NCBI GenBank assembly: GCA_043823065.1
Contig: JBDRBB010000008.1
Coordinates: forward strand, 159,355-223,354
Length of the DNA: 64,000 nucleotides
Direction of reading: 5' to 3'
Source: Pseudomonadota bacterium
GTDB lineage: Bacteria > UBA10199 > 2-02-FULL-44-16 > DYJF01
The notes under the pieces are model-generated. The model was not told the DNA's origin, searched no databases, and was given only the letters and a program-made list of their open reading frames with translations. Every line of letters begins with the position of its first letter. The stretch's first letter is position 1. The position numbers and the translations under genes were made by a program. Shown here piece after piece: positions 49,523 to 57,706 of the stretch.

Positions 49523-50620
49523 TTAATCTTCGAGCTTCTTCATACCTTTTTGAATATGTTCTATGATATACTCCATTTCTTTGTTAGTCATTATGTAATA
49601 CATGGGCAAACATAGCACGTGTTTGGCAACTCTTTCAGCAACTAGGCATCTTTGTTTTTTAAATTGCTGATAGGGTTTTTGATCATAAATTGGCAAAGGC
49701 CAGGAAACATTAGTGCTAATGCCTTGTTTGGCTAAATAAGCGCGCAGCTTGTCTCTTTTTTCAACTAAGATTGGATATAAGAACCAAGCATGTTTGTTTC
49801 CTTTAGCAACTTGAGGCAGGATTAATCCAGAAAGTTTCTTAAGCTGTTTTGTATAAAAACTGGCAATATTTGCTCGCTTAGCCAAAAGTTTATTTAAGCG
49901 CTTGGCTTGAGCCAAGCCAAATGCTGCTCCTAATTCAGTCATTCTATAGTTATGGCCCAATAAAGGATGATGATATTTATGTGATAAATCTTCACCTTGA
50001 GAGCGAATAATGTGCATCTGATCTCGCCAACTTGCTTTGTTTGTAAATATCATGCCGCCCTCAATAGTGGACATAATCTTGGCTGCATGAAAGCTGGTAA
50101 TGCTAATATCACCCAGCGAACAAAGCTTTTTTCCGTCTTGCGCGCCGCCTAAGCCTGGTGCGGCATCTTCAACAATAGGGATATTATAAGCTCTGGCAAT
50201 CTTTCTCAATTTTTTATAATCAGGTCCTTGGCCAGCATAATCAACAGCTATGATGCACTTAGTCTTCTTGGTGATTTTTTGGGCTACATCTTCAGGATCA
50301 ATGGTGTAAGTAATAGGATCTATATCACAAAAAACCGGGGTTGCTCCCTGATATAGAATGCAACTAGCGCTGGCAATATAGGTAAAGGCAGGTACAATTA
50401 CTTCATCTTGGGGCTGAATTTTAAGAATCTTAAGCGCAACATCTAGTGCTGCAGTGCCAGAATTTACAGCAACTGCGTATTTTGTTTGCACAAATTGCCG
50501 CATTTTTTCTTCAAACTGAGCAACACGAACACCTTGGCTGAGCTGACCTGATTTTACAGCTTTAATGACTTCATTTAATTCAGTTTTATCTAGATATAAA
50601 TTGGCCCAAGGTATTTTCAT
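49523..50620 (-). CDS. DegT/DnrJ/EryC1/StrS-family PLP-dependent sugar aminotransferase
   Basis: Family fold with a catalytic Lys region (SFHAAKIMST). Length is 365 aa. Confidence 0.8.
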   Translation of the reverse strand: MKIPWANLYLDKTELNEVIKAVKSGQLSQGVRVAQFEEKMRQFVQTKYAVAVNSGTAALDVALKILKIQPQDEVIVPAFTYIASASCILYQGATPVFCDIDPITYTIDPEDVAQKITKKTKCIIAVDYAGQGPDYKKLRKIARAYNIPIVEDAAPGLGGAQDGKKLCSLGDISITSFHAAKIMSTIEGGMIFTNKASWRDQMHIIRSQGEDLSHKYHHPLLGHNYRMTELGAAFGLAQAKRLNKLLAKRANIASFYTKQLKKLSGLILPQVAKGNKHAWFLYPILVEKRDKLRAYLAKQGISTNVSWPLPIYDQKPYQQFKKQRCLVAERVAKHVLCLPMYYIMTNKEMEYIIEHIQKGMKKLED

Positions 50621-50622
50621 AA

Positions 50623-51825
50623 TTAATTCTCTCTAATATTTTCTAAAACAAATGGCCCAATGGTTTGGGCAAATTTCAAATGACCCTTTGGATTAAAATG
50701 TTGGTCATAATAAAAATAAAGATCTTCATTTGAAGCTCTAAAAACTTCAGTTGGTGAATAAAATGGTATATTAAGTTTAGCGCATACTGAGGCAATAGTG
50801 GAATCTAAGATATCAGAATCTAAAATATTATCATCTAAAATAAAGCCCAGACCTTGGATAAATTTAAGCTGTTTAAGAGAGATATAATAAGAAGGTGGGA
50901 TGCCTACAACCACTAACTGTATGTTGTTGGCAGCGCAATCTTGTTTCATTTCTTGTAGAGATGCTTCCATAGCTTTTTTGCCATCTTGATACATTTGATT
51001 ATTAGGATCAAATGCTTTTTGTAACTCATCAGGTCTTTTTAATGCTGTCGAAATTGTGGCACTATCAATATTGCCGCTAAGATAGAGTTCTTTTATTTCC
51101 GAATTGAGTTGCTCCCAGCGTTCTTTAGATTGCGCGGAAAGGCGTTGGATTGCTAACTGTCTGCCCCCAGATTTGGCTTGTCTTTTAAAAACATCTTGAG
51201 TGAATAAAAATTTTAAATTTGGAAATAACCAGTGGTTTACTACATATTCAACTTTAGCAATAAAACTGGATTCAGTGGGCCAGGGTGGCCTAAAATCACC
51301 AATGATAAGTGGCAAAAACTCGTGAACAGGCATGGCTGAATGAAGCAGATCATCTCCAGCAAGAGTGCCAATTATAATCAGGTTTGGATGAAGATATTTG
51401 ACAGCCCTTTTTACCAGAGGCACATATTCTCTATACGATAATCCAACTTTGGCTAAACCAATTGCTTCGATTTTTTTTGAGGTTTTAGTTTGTAATTCTT
51501 TTTCTAGTTTTTGAAACCAGATCTCTTCATAATTAACACCCCAACCTAAAGTAAAAGAATCACCAATGGCAATAATGCGATAAGTATCTGATTGGGGATA
51601 TGCACTAATCTCTGGCCCTCTGAATCCCAGAGAATTAATATGCATTTTAATATTAAATTCATTGGTTTTATATTTTACTTCTTTATTAGCTGGTAGAGCG
51701 AGATTAAGTTGGGGTTTGTTAGGGAAAATAATCTTGCCATAAATACGATCAACACCAATTAACAATACAATAACAAATATGACAGATAATAAGGTGATAG
51801 CTATGTTAGAAAAAAAAGAACGCAT
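50623..51825 (-). CDS. Membrane-anchored SGNH/GDSL hydrolase-family protein
   Basis: GDSL motif IIAIGDSFTLGWGV and an N-terminal TM helix. ATG at 51825 has a GGGGAA RBS. The ORF extends to 51966. Confidence 0.55.
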   Translation of the reverse strand: MRSFFSNIAITLLSVIFVIVLLIGVDRIYGKIIFPNKPQLNLALPANKEVKYKTNEFNIKMHINSLGFRGPEISAYPQSDTYRIIAIGDSFTLGWGVNYEEIWFQKLEKELQTKTSKKIEAIGLAKVGLSYREYVPLVKRAVKYLHPNLIIIGTLAGDDLLHSAMPVHEFLPLIIGDFRPPWPTESSFIAKVEYVVNHWLFPNLKFLFTQDVFKRQAKSGGRQLAIQRLSAQSKERWEQLNSEIKELYLSGNIDSATISTALKRPDELQKAFDPNNQMYQDGKKAMEASLQEMKQDCAANNIQLVVVGIPPSYYISLKQLKFIQGLGFILDDNILDSDILDSTIASVCAKLNIPFYSPTEVFRASNEDLYFYYDQHFNPKGHLKFAQTIGPFVLENIREN

Positions 51826-51998
51826 ACTTCCCCTAGTTAAAAGAGTGTATATACAAAAGGAGCAATGGAAGAACTTTCTGCAAACACTAGCAATAAACCA
51901 AATAAAAACAAGACAATGATTATTGGCATCAGCCAAAATTTCTTGCGAATTTTTAAGAATTCCCAAAGATTAATAAATAACTGTTTCATATTTATCTC

Positions 51999-52436
51999 CT
52001 AAAATAATTTTTCCACATTTCCGGAGCCCATTGTTAAACCCTTTTCTTGCCAGGATGATGATTGTTTTCCGCGCGCAAAAACATCCAGGCCATTGCGGCC
52101 AATCAATTTAAGAATGAGACCTACAGGCATAAAAATAATTATATAAGCCAAGCCCATAAATACATATTTATTAATCCAGATGACAACCTTGCTGACTTTT
52201 TGGCTAAACCAGAACAAGGGTGACAATATTTGAGGACGAATAAGCGTAAGAAGTAAAACTAATAGACAAATAAGTAAGATGATAAAGACAGCTTGAAAAA
52301 GACCAAGTTTAAATAAGATTAAGCTGGCAATTACTAAAACTAGGCTCAAACTTAAGCCATAGTTAATCAAATCTTGTTGTTTATCATTCATATTTTTAAT
52401 CAAGCTCCACTTGAAAATCTTTTTCTTTTTGGTCAA
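51999..52436 (-). CDS. Small polytopic membrane protein (possibly SxtJ-like partner of the carbamoyltransferase)
   Basis: Three predicted TM helices. Overlaps the carbamoyltransferase 3' end. An alternative start at 52391 removes the overlap. The family assignment is a guess. Confidence 0.35.
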   Translation of the reverse strand: MTKKKKIFKWSLIKNMNDKQQDLINYGLSLSLVLVIASLILFKLGLFQAVFIILLICLLVLLLTLIRPQILSPLFWFSQKVSKVVIWINKYVFMGLAYIIIFMPVGLILKLIGRNGLDVFARGKQSSSWQEKGLTMGSGNVEKLF

Positions 52437-54216
52437 GTTCAGGTTGATTTTTTTTATCTAAAATATAATTGCCCAATACCAAATAATCCATTTCTGTGCG
52501 CATAAAGCAGCGATAAGCATCAAATGGTGAGCAAACAATTGGCTCTCCACGAACATTAAATGAAGTATTGATAATAACTGGACAGCCGGTTTTTTCATAA
52601 AATTTGTTGATAAGCGCATGATATCTAGGATTGTCTTTTGCAGATACTGTTTGCAAGCGGGCTGAATAATCAACATGAGTAACTGCAGGAATAATGGATC
52701 TTTTAAGATGAAGTTTATCCAGGCCTTGCAAGGTTTCTGCATCTTTTTCAACAGCCAGCCTTTTATCAAGGTTTACATCAGCCACTAGTAACATATAGGG
52801 GCTTTCGCAGTTGATATCAAAAAACTCTTCAGCTTTTTCAGCCAAAACTGTAGGCGCAAAAGGTCTAAATGATTCCCGAAATTTGATTTTAAGATTCATG
52901 GTGGTTTGCATTTTTTCTGACCTGGCATCGCCTAAAATACTGCGTGAACCTAAGGCCCTGGGCCCAAACTCCATTCTTCCTTGAAACCAACCCACCACTT
53001 TTTCCTGAGCGATTAAGTCGGCAGTTTTGTTAAATAGCTCATCATCGTTATAATAAGTTGCGGGCGCCTTAAAATATGAAAGGCAATTTTTTATAGATTG
53101 TTCGGAAAAACTTGGACCCAAAAGCGAGGCTTTTTGAAAATCATCTTGGTCATTGGCTTGGCGAGGATTGTTTAGGTATTCATGCCAGATATAAAGCGCT
53201 GCGCCTAAAGAACCGCCAGCATCACCAGCTGCGGGCTGGATCCAGATCTGATCAAAAAGATTGCTTTTTAGAATCTTGCCATTGCCCACACAATTTAAGG
53301 CTACACCTCCAGCCAAACAGAGATTTTTTTCGCCGGTGATCTTTTTTGTTTCCTGGGCCAGTTTTAACATTACTTCTTCAGTAACTTCTTGAATAGAGCG
53401 GGCTACATCCATGATCCTTTTATCAACAGGTCCTTCTGGAGTACGGGGAGGGCCATCAAAAAGTTGATTAAATTTTTCGTTAGTCATCCTAAAGCTGTGT
53501 GGAAAGGTAAAGTAATCAAGATTAAGCCTAAATGAGCCATTATCGTAAATTTCAATTAAGTTGTTTTTTATTTGATCAACATATTTAGGCTCGCCATAAG
53601 GAGCCAGGCCCATGAGTTTGTATTCGCCAAAATTAACCCGAAAACCCGTATAAGCAGTAAATGCTGAATATAAGAGTCCCAAGGAGTGGGGATAGTTTAT
53701 TTCCTTAATTTTTTCTATCCTATTGCCGCTACCCTTGGAAATGCTGGTAGTGGTCCATTCTCCAACTCCGTCTATGGTGAGAATGGCTGCATTTTGAAAA
53801 GGGGAAGGGAAGAAAGCAGCGCCAGCATGAGATTGATGGTGATCTGTAAATAAAACCGGGCCTTTCCAACCAATTTTCTTTTTTATGATAGAAGGAACCT
53901 GCAAAGTCTTGGTCATGGTTTCAGACATGGCATCAACAAAAGTGTGTATGCCAAGCGGGCTAACTGCTAGATAGTTTTCCAAAAGGCGCTCAAATTTTAG
54001 GATTGGTTTTTCATAGAAAACTACATAATCAATATCGCTAATGGTTAATTCAGCTTCTCCTAAACAATACTCAATAGTCTGAATAGGAAAGCGGGGATCA
54101 TGTTTTATGCGGGAAAATCTTTCTTCTTGAGCTGCAGCTATAATCTCACCATCTTGTACTAAGCAGGCAGCAGCATCATGATAAAAACAAGAGATTCCTA
54201 AAATGTTAATGCTCAT
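52396..54216 (-). CDS. NodU/CmcH-family carbamoyltransferase
   Basis: MSINILGISCFYHDAAACL N-terminus and a conserved C-terminal domain. ATG at 54216 with a GAGG RBS. Confidence 0.8.
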   Translation of the reverse strand: MSINILGISCFYHDAAACLVQDGEIIAAAQEERFSRIKHDPRFPIQTIEYCLGEAELTISDIDYVVFYEKPILKFERLLENYLAVSPLGIHTFVDAMSETMTKTLQVPSIIKKKIGWKGPVLFTDHHQSHAGAAFFPSPFQNAAILTIDGVGEWTTTSISKGSGNRIEKIKEINYPHSLGLLYSAFTAYTGFRVNFGEYKLMGLAPYGEPKYVDQIKNNLIEIYDNGSFRLNLDYFTFPHSFRMTNEKFNQLFDGPPRTPEGPVDKRIMDVARSIQEVTEEVMLKLAQETKKITGEKNLCLAGGVALNCVGNGKILKSNLFDQIWIQPAAGDAGGSLGAALYIWHEYLNNPRQANDQDDFQKASLLGPSFSEQSIKNCLSYFKAPATYYNDDELFNKTADLIAQEKVVGWFQGRMEFGPRALGSRSILGDARSEKMQTTMNLKIKFRESFRPFAPTVLAEKAEEFFDINCESPYMLLVADVNLDKRLAVEKDAETLQGLDKLHLKRSIIPAVTHVDYSARLQTVSAKDNPRYHALINKFYEKTGCPVIINTSFNVRGEPIVCSPFDAYRCFMRTEMDYLVLGNYILDKKNQPELDQKEKDFQVELD

Positions 54217-54295
54217 AGCCTCATAAGATATCATTTAATCAGTAGTTGATCAATTTTGTTTTTACTCTTTTTGTCTAAAATAGTAAATTATAGGC

Positions 54296-55054
54296 ATGAT
54301 AGAGCTTAAAAATGTCAAAGCCTGTTTATTTGCCGGTGGATTGGGCACTAGATTACGGAAAGTAATAGCTGATCGTCCCAAACCCATGGCTGAGGTGCAA
54401 GGACGACCTTTATTAGAATATGTAATGCTGCATTTGGCCAAGCAGGGGATCAAACAGTTTATTTTCTCCATTGGTTATTTGGGGGAAATGATTGAGGCTT
54501 ATTTTCAAGACGGAGCAAAATGGGGAGTTAAAATAGAATATGTTAGAGAAAAAGAATTGCTAGGCACTGGGGGTGGACTTTTGCTGGCCAAAGATTTGTT
54601 TTCAGAACCAGCAATTATTGGTAATGGCGATACGCTTTTAGAAATTAATGTGGTTGAGCTGTTGAAGTTTCATCAAGAAAATAAAGCTGATTGGACCATA
54701 GCAGTTAGGCTAGCCCAGCAGGAAATAAATGATCCTATGGGAAAATTTATAGTAAATGATCAGGGCCAGATTCTTAAATTACAAAAAGATGGTCTAAAGC
54801 AAAAAGGGGAATATATTAATGGGGGCACATATTGTGTTTCCCCCAATATCCTTGATAGCCTGAACCCCAAAGAAGTTTGTTCTCTGGAAAAAGATTTATT
54901 GCCAGATTTAATGGATAGAAATGCCAAGTTGTTTATTTTTCCAACCCAAGGATTTTTCTGCGATATCGGCACTCCTGATGATTATCAAAATCTCTGTAAA
55001 ACCGGTGTGCCTGTTGAATATTATTCTTCGAGCGAATCCGCCAGAAGCGGATAA
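54296..55054 (+). CDS. Sugar-phosphate nucleotidyltransferase (HddC-like D-glycero-D-manno-heptose-1-phosphate guanylyltransferase candidate); the C-terminal tail is encoded by a repeat
   Basis: GGLGTRLR nucleotide-binding motif. About 230 aa of NTP_transferase fold. gmhA and gmhB lie nearby. The last ~12 codons (EYYSSSESARSG) fall within repeat block E. Confidence 0.6.
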   Translation: MIELKNVKACLFAGGLGTRLRKVIADRPKPMAEVQGRPLLEYVMLHLAKQGIKQFIFSIGYLGEMIEAYFQDGAKWGVKIEYVREKELLGTGGGLLLAKDLFSEPAIIGNGDTLLEINVVELLKFHQENKADWTIAVRLAQQEINDPMGKFIVNDQGQILKLQKDGLKQKGEYINGGTYCVSPNILDSLNPKEVCSLEKDLLPDLMDRNAKLFIFPTQGFFCDIGTPDDYQNLCKTGVPVEYYSSSESARSG

Positions 55055-55224
55055 GTCGAAGGGGCCCCCAAAGATATTCTTCGAGACCCCTAATATTCTT
55101 CGAGCTGGTCGAGAAGAATAGATTGGTTCTCGATGCGCTTCGCTTACTCGAACAATAATGGGGGGTGACCCCTAATATTCTTCGAGCGAGGTCGTAGGCC
55201 GAGCGAGAAGGGTGAGGAAATAAT
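55019..55224. repeat. Composite mosaic repeat block E upstream of the GIY-YIG gene
   Basis: Contains hairpin AATCCGCCAGAAGCGGAT, two GACCCCTAATATTCTTCGAG units, CTGGTCGAGAAGAATAG and GGTTCTCGATGCGCTTCGCTTACTCGAACAATAAT. The stretch 55098-55200 is ~95% identical to 55587-55706. Confidence 0.75.
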
Positions 55225-55497
55225 ATGCCAGAACAGTGGAAATGGTATGTATATATTGTCGAATGCCAGGACGGCACTTATTATACTGGTTGTACTTGGA
55301 ATGTGGAAAATAGGCTTGAACAGCATATTTCTGGCTTGGGCGCAAAATATACAGGCAAACATGGTGTAAAAAGATTAGCTTATTATGAGGAACATGATGA
55401 TTTAGAAGTCGCCAGAAAACGTGAAAAACAGATAAAGAATTGGAGGCAAGAAAAAAAGAAGAAGTTAATCAAAGGTGAGTGGGGAAAGGAATGGTAA
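55225..55497 (+). CDS. GIY-YIG nuclease-superfamily protein (small stand-alone YhbQ-like domain)
   Basis: YVYIVECQDGTYYTGCT…NRLEQH…GAKYT…VKRLAYYE carries the GIY-YIG core residues. Length is 90 aa. GGTGAGG RBS. Confidence 0.75.
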   Translation: MPEQWKWYVYIVECQDGTYYTGCTWNVENRLEQHISGLGAKYTGKHGVKRLAYYEEHDDLEVARKREKQIKNWRQEKKKKLIKGEWGKEW

Positions 55498-55706
55498 AGG
55501 TTCTCGACTTCGCTCGAACAATAATAATCGGGACCCCCTAATATTCTTCGAGACCCCCTAATATTTTTCGGGACCCCCTAATATTCTTCGAGCTGGTCGA
55601 GAAGAATAGTATTGGTTCTCGATGCGCTTCGCTTACTCGAACAATAATGGGGTGACCCCTAATATTCTTCGAGCGAGGTCGTAGGTCGAGTCGAGAAGAA
55701 TAGACT
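55498..55706. repeat. Composite mosaic repeat block F downstream of the GIY-YIG gene, including 3 tandem ~20-bp units
   Basis: GGTTCTCGACTTCGCTCGAACAATAATAAT, then three ACCCCCTAATATTCTTCGAG-type units (55532-55592), then the same ~110-bp segment as block E. Confidence 0.75.
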
Positions 55707-55758
55707 AAACATTTTCATATAGACAGATATTTAACAAAAATGTATAATATGTGTCTGT

Positions 55759-56370
55759 ATGAAACAAAAACCAGATAATCTGAAGCTTCTAGAGTCCTTT
55801 AGTCTGGACTTAAAAGGAGTTTTTACTTTAGCTGATCTAAGGGGAATATATCCAGATAAGCATACTCTTACTTTTTATAGAAGGATTAAGAGCTTAGAAA
55901 AAGATGGAATTTTGACTAGAGTGTTAAAGAGTATTTATGTTTCTAAATCTTTTGATATTGATGTTTTGAGTCAAAAAATTTGTCCAAATTCTTATATAAG
56001 TTTTGAAAATGTTTTGGCCAAGGAGTTGGTTATTGGCACAGTGCCAAAAAATTCAGTTCGTGCCGCAAAAAAGGGTAAAAAAAGAGAATATAAGTTTGAT
56101 GCTAAAAAAATTATACATTTAGGTCTTGCTACCCATCTTTTTTTTGGTTTTAAAACTAGACAAGGTGTTAATTATGCTACCAAAGAAAAAGCATTCTTAG
56201 ATACGCTTTATTTTTATAACAAAGGGGTTAGATTTTATTTTGATATTTTTTCTGATATTAATCTAGAACAATTAAACATCAAGCTGATACATAAATATCT
56301 TAAAAAATATAAAAATCCCAAGTTTATTAATTTTGTAAAAAATTATTTAAATGAACATTCCTTTTCCTAA
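55759..56370 (+). CDS. AbiEi-like antitoxin / transcriptional regulator (type IV TA)
   Basis: 203 aa with an N-terminal wHTH-like region (LADLRGIYPDKHTLTFYRRIKSLEKDGILTRV). It overlaps the downstream nucleotidyltransferase gene by 20 nt. The region is AT-rich. Confidence 0.45.
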   Translation: MKQKPDNLKLLESFSLDLKGVFTLADLRGIYPDKHTLTFYRRIKSLEKDGILTRVLKSIYVSKSFDIDVLSQKICPNSYISFENVLAKELVIGTVPKNSVRAAKKGKKREYKFDAKKIIHLGLATHLFFGFKTRQGVNYATKEKAFLDTLYFYNKGVRFYFDIFSDINLEQLNIKLIHKYLKKYKNPKFINFVKNYLNEHSFS

Positions 56371-57103
56371 AAATTTGTCGCAAGATTCATTGTTTGCTTG
56401 GCTCATGCATAGAATTTCCCTGGAGTTTCGTGAGCATGCTATTTTAAAAGGTGGCATGTCTTTTAGATTGGTTAATTCTCCCAGAAGCACTAATGATCTA
56501 GATTATGTTTTTGTGCCATTTAAATCAAAAAAGGAAATTGCTCCTGTTTTAGAAAAAATTGTTTCAGAAATTCCCAGCGCCAAAATAACTAGATCCATGC
56601 ATTCCACTGCTTTGCGCCTAAATATTTCTGTAGAAGATGTTAATGTTCAACTTGAAGCTGATATTGCCATGAATTGTAAATCAGCACCCATGTCCACCAG
56701 TGCTTTAGCCAGCAAGGTTGATCAACTAAGTCAGGTGATTAGGATTATGAGTTTTGATGTGGCCTTGTCTCATAAGTTGGCAGCTTGGAATGAAAGAAGG
56801 TTATTAAGAGATTTATATGATGTTTATTATTTATATAAAGTGGTTGGAGTTGTTCCTGATAAAGACACTCTTTTGTCTAGGTTGGATCAAATTAATTCAC
56901 GCATTCCCAGCCTTAAAAACAGGAAGAAAATGAAAATGTCTGAGTTCTTGGCTGAATTAAAAAAAGCAGCAGATGAGATAACAGAGCAAAAGCTGGAAGA
57001 AGAGTTGGCGCCGCTTTTAAATCTTAATGAATTGCCGGGATTGGCCATTAAGCTTCGAACAAGCATAAATGAGTTGGTTGCATATATTCTTCGAGCTGCT
57101 TGA
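56351..57103 (+). CDS. AbiEii/AbiGii-family nucleotidyltransferase toxin (DUF1814-like)
   Basis: N-terminal motif ILKGGMSFRL…RSTNDLDYVF matches the pol-beta-type hG[GS]…[DE]h[DE] NTase signature of AbiEii. The C-terminal tail YILRAA is encoded by a repeat. Confidence 0.6.
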   Translation: MNIPFPKNLSQDSLFAWLMHRISLEFREHAILKGGMSFRLVNSPRSTNDLDYVFVPFKSKKEIAPVLEKIVSEIPSAKITRSMHSTALRLNISVEDVNVQLEADIAMNCKSAPMSTSALASKVDQLSQVIRIMSFDVALSHKLAAWNERRLLRDLYDVYYLYKVVGVVPDKDTLLSRLDQINSRIPSLKNRKKMKMSEFLAELKKAADEITEQKLEEELAPLLNLNELPGLAIKLRTSINELVAYILRAA

Positions 57104-57111
57104 GAAGAATA
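57084..57111. repeat. TATTCTTC-N11-GAAGAATA inverted-repeat element (copy G) at the island/gmhA boundary
   Basis: ATATTCTTCGAGCTGCTTGAGAAGAATA differs at 2 positions from the block E/F core ATATTCTTCGAGCTGGTCGAGAAGAATA. Confidence 0.7.
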
Positions 57112-57127
57112 AGAGGAGGATTTAATT

Positions 57128-57706
57128 ATGAATCATAACAAACTTATCACGCAAAGACTAAATGAAACCGCAGAACTTTTAAGCTCTTTTTCGCCAGAGC
57201 TGATTGCTGAAATTAGCGCTGCTGCGCAAACTATCATTTCTGCCCTAAAAGCTGGCAACAAAGTGCTTCTGGCTGGCAATGGTGGGTCTGCTGCAGATGC
57301 CCAGCATATTGCTGGCGAGCTAGTGGGAAAGTTTTATAAAGATCGCGATCCTTTGCCAGCTATAGCCTTGCATACCAATTCTTCAATTATTACGGCTTTG
57401 GCCAATGACTATGGTTATGAAACTGTTTTTGAAAGACAGGTTAAGTGTTGGGGAAAAAAAGGGGATGTGCTAATTGGTCTTTCCACCAGCGGCAAGTCTC
57501 CTAATATTTTGAGAGCTTTTGATGTTGCCAAAAAACAAGGATTAAAAATTATTGCTTTTACTGGCGCTAAAGGACTGCCTTCTGGATATAAGCCAGATCA
57601 TCTAATAAATATTTCTGCAACAGATACCCCACGCATTCAAGAAGCCCATATTACCATAGCGCATATAATTTGTGAGATAGTGGAGAGCCAAATATTTGGG
57701 AGGTAG
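57128..57706 (+). CDS. gmhA: Phosphoheptose isomerase (SIS domain)
   Basis: LLAGNGGSAADAQHIAGEL…STSGKS is canonical GmhA. AGGAGGA RBS. Confidence 0.8.
   Translation: MNHNKLITQRLNETAELLSSFSPELIAEISAAAQTIISALKAGNKVLLAGNGGSAADAQHIAGELVGKFYKDRDPLPAIALHTNSSIITALANDYGYETVFERQVKCWGKKGDVLIGLSTSGKSPNILRAFDVAKKQGLKIIAFTGAKGLPSGYKPDHLINISATDTPRIQEAHITIAHIICEIVESQIFGR

Noticed and set aside
55532-55706. Possible CRISPR array suggested by repeated ~20-bp units
   Set aside because: The units are head-to-tail with no intervening spacers and are far shorter than CRISPR repeats. The surrounding sequence is a mosaic of palindromic blocks shared with other loci. No cas genes are present.
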